A stretch of 64,000 bases of DNA from Eutreptiella sp. 'Long Island Sound 2002' (lineage: Eukaryota > Protista > Euglenida). The position numbers and the translations under genes were made by a program. A model generated the notes under the pieces. The model had not been told where the DNA came from and ran no database searches. It saw only the letters and a list, made by a program, of their open reading frames with translations. Where the stretch lies: assembly GCA_964036045.1 (NCBI GenBank), contig OZ038378.1, positions 183,024,001 to 183,088,000 of the forward strand, written 5' to 3'. The first letter of the stretch is position 1, and each line of letters begins with the position of its first letter. Shown here piece by piece: positions 61,201-64,000 of this stretch.

Positions 61201-63436
61201 GGTTCTTGGCATGGCCCGTTGGGGGTGTTTGTGCGCAGCGCGCGCACAGCACGCACACAGTGCACACAGTGCCCGTCCTTCGGGTGGTGGTGATACAACA
61301 AATCTCCAAATCATTCAATCACTCAAAACCCGGCATGTACAGGTCCAAAGCTGTAGCTAAACAGCACAAAGCGGTACCGCATTCTTGTCCCCTTCCAAAT
61401 GTCATACACCACATTCCAGGGCCAGGAGCATGCTCATAAATGTGCTTCCACTTGTCCATCCACTTGTGCCCTACAGTATCCGTGAAGTATGATTTTCCGC
61501 CTTTTGATGAGTCTTGAGGACTCATCAAATGACACATGGCGTTGTACTTGCTGCCCAAGTACTGAGGTGATGGCAGCAGATACTCCAAACCCAATACAGC
61601 AAAAAAAAAATTGATTCACCACCTGCACCCCATCTTGGTATTACTCCAACTTGGTAGTCATGCTCCTCTACCGTCGAAATCCATACATTACATGAAAAGG
61701 GGGCCTAAGAATAGAGACATAAAGAACAAGAAGCAAAGACCCCATAATACACCCCAAACCATCGTCCCAAATCATCAAAACATGCCCATTGAAAAATGAT
61801 GGAGATTGATCTACCAAAATGCACTTCTGGTTGCCTTTAGTCGCATCAACCGCATTTACTTGTAGTTAGAGGTTCCAAAATGGCTAATTTCCAGGCAGTA
61901 CAGTGCGTGCACAGCGCACGTAGCGCCCTCTTTGCGGGCCATCTCAGAGCAGCATTTGGACCCCCGGGATCTTCCTGTCCCAACCATTGCGGAAGGGTAA
62001 GGAACTGAGGGGAGGTCCATTCCAGAGAGGGAGACACTACACAAATCCTCAGCCAACTTGTGACAGGGCTACACGTTTTGCGAGCCCTGCTCAAAGCGTC
62101 TGCAAAGCACATAGGCTGCCCGCTGAGCCCTCTCATGTAGCTTTTGCATGACGCACCCTCTGCAATGCAAGACGAATGCTGCTGGTCACCCCTATCATCC
62201 CTTAAGATGTACCACTAGGAAATTTTCTACATTGCCCCCCCATCATTCAGCACCCAAAAAAAAAAACGCAGCAAATGGTGCAAAAGGGGGGGGGGTTGAG
62301 TCCTAGTTGGTAGAAAGTTGATTGGAGGTGAAACGACAAAAGGGAGCAGGTGCAAAGATGATCGAGTGAGGAGTGCATTGAGGCAATGCACTCCTGAGTC
62401 TGATTTGAGTGCATCTTTATTCTCTAAAACAGGCTTAAATAACCGCGGAGAACAAATGCAGACAATACAGACGGTACAAATGGGGGTGGGGGTGGGTTGC
62501 AAAGCATCATCTGCCAGTGAAGCGGGGCACCATAAGATATTACAGCATTTGGCGACCAACCGTTTTTGTCCCGTAGCGCTATCCTCCTTCCTTAGACATT
62601 GACCATTTGTTGGTGAAGCAGGTCAGACTATTAAGGTCCTGCACACCGTGCATACAGAGTCCAGCGTAGAGTTTGATTCCAAAAGTTGCGGAAGCAACAC
62701 CTCGTGTTGTCCGATAGGGGCATTGTGTTTGCAGGGGGGATGCAAAAGCACGTCTTTTGCAGCCTCTCGCCCTGCCTAGGGCCGGCGATGGCCTGTGGGA
62801 AACAGGCAAAAATACTGCTTTGCACAAAACCATACGTATGCCATGTGTGCGTGTGGATGGATTCAGAGGGAGGAAAATACAAGAGGAAAAGTCATTCGTA
62901 CTTGCTGTAATTGAGGAAAGGAGCCGATGATATGCCCATTTGTGCGGAAAGCGAAAGGTACACACCACAACTGGAACAGTACGGAGCGGTTCCTTGTCGA
63001 GGCAAAAATGGAGACCACAATCTTCTTGGGGTGCCAGTCTTCAAACCTGCAACTACAGCTACTGCCTGACTTTAGCGTCAGGCACAAATTCTCCAAGAAA
63101 GGTTACAATGGCTTTGGCCGGCAGGATGTATGTTTGACCAGCTTGCACCTGGGGTCCAGGTTCCAGGTTCCGGTGAATGTCAGTTGTGTATGTGGTCCAC
63201 GACTTTACAGCGATCCCTTCCGCCTGCACTGCGACATATTGCATGGACTCGCCCGCATTGATGTACACGACAACCATGCGACCCTGGGCTTCATGTATGT
63301 AGGCGGACACCTGAAGGAGGAACGTCGGGAGGGAGGTAAGATCTGTGGACTGCAAGCACCATACACCGAAATATCTCGTTGCAACAAATGCGAGGAGTGC
63401 AACGAGCACGGTACTTTGCACCGTACGCCTTGTCGT

Positions 63437-63437
63437 C

Positions 63438-63505
<68 letters not shown>

Positions 63506-63531
63506 CCACAACAACAACAACAACAACAACA
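63437..63531 (+). repeat. (CAA)n microsatellite followed by degenerate CAG/CAA repeats to ~63750
   Basis: About 23 pure CAA units, one CCA, then about 8 more CAA. Confidence 0.95.
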
Positions 63532-64000
63532 AAAACCACAGCGCCACGTTGATAACACAGCACCAGCACAAGCAACAGCAACAGCAAAAGCGCATGAGCA
63601 ACGGCAACAGCAGCAGCATCAGCGACACCAACAGCCACAGCGACAGCCACAGCACAACAACAAGACTTACCACCAGATACAGCAACAGCCACAGCAACAG
63701 AAAATTGAACAGTGCATACACCACCGGCAGCCCCAACAACTTGAAAGGAAAAAGGAGAGAACTCGAGCAAAGAGTAAATTGATTGTCGGCAAACGCTTTG
63801 GCATGGTCATATCGGGTTCCTGGGTTTGATGTCATTCGAAAAAAATCGTTGAGGACCATGTGGAACGATGATTCAGGTGACCCTTTGGGACCATTTTGGG
63901 CGCAAACGTCAATAGTTCAGTGGGAGTATCTGTGCGGCGCACACCTTTGGCCTTCCGGCGGAAAAGGCGGATCATTAATTGATTGATTAATCCTGACTAG

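Noticed and set aside
61503-61529. Perfect 11-bp hairpin TTTGATGAGTC-ttgag-GACTCATCAAA (hammerhead or Helitron end?)
   Set aside because: It lacks the CUGANGA/GAAA core and has no downstream CTRR; an isolated hairpin.
62927-63829. 300-aa poly-Gln ORF and its antisense ORFs
   Set aside because: The length is explained by the stop-free CAA microsatellite; there is no recognisable domain or splice support.

Overview
Eukaryotic nuclear DNA that is intron-rich and dense in repeats; it is not prokaryotic. The likely source is a photosynthetic euglenid (inference from TTAGGG-type repeats, GT(G/A)TG donor consensus, a spliced plastid-type ClpC and a short trans-splice-like 5' UTR). Three genes are supported. 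(1) A minus-strand ClpC/Hsp100 gene, reconstructed by hand as 18 phase-consistent exons with 17 GT-AG introns (31832-46104), plus candidate presequence exons upstream. (2) The last exon of an M14 zinc carboxypeptidase with a probable GPI signal (5474-6077, +). (3) A single-exon gene with a CxH..CxxC zinc ribbon (19001-19666, +). The rest is mostly short DNA transposons (MITEs), decayed transposon and kinase relics, and tandem arrays. Most striking: several unrelated MITE families begin CAG, end CTG and carry 8-bp target-site duplications. That geometry (3 nt + CAG...CTG + 5 nt) matches the euglenid nonconventional-intron consensus and would allow scarless splicing. Also notable are a tandem array of tRNA-derived Pol III cassettes and two 1.15-kb units bracketed by telomeric repeats. 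All alignments were done by eye; no database searches were run.
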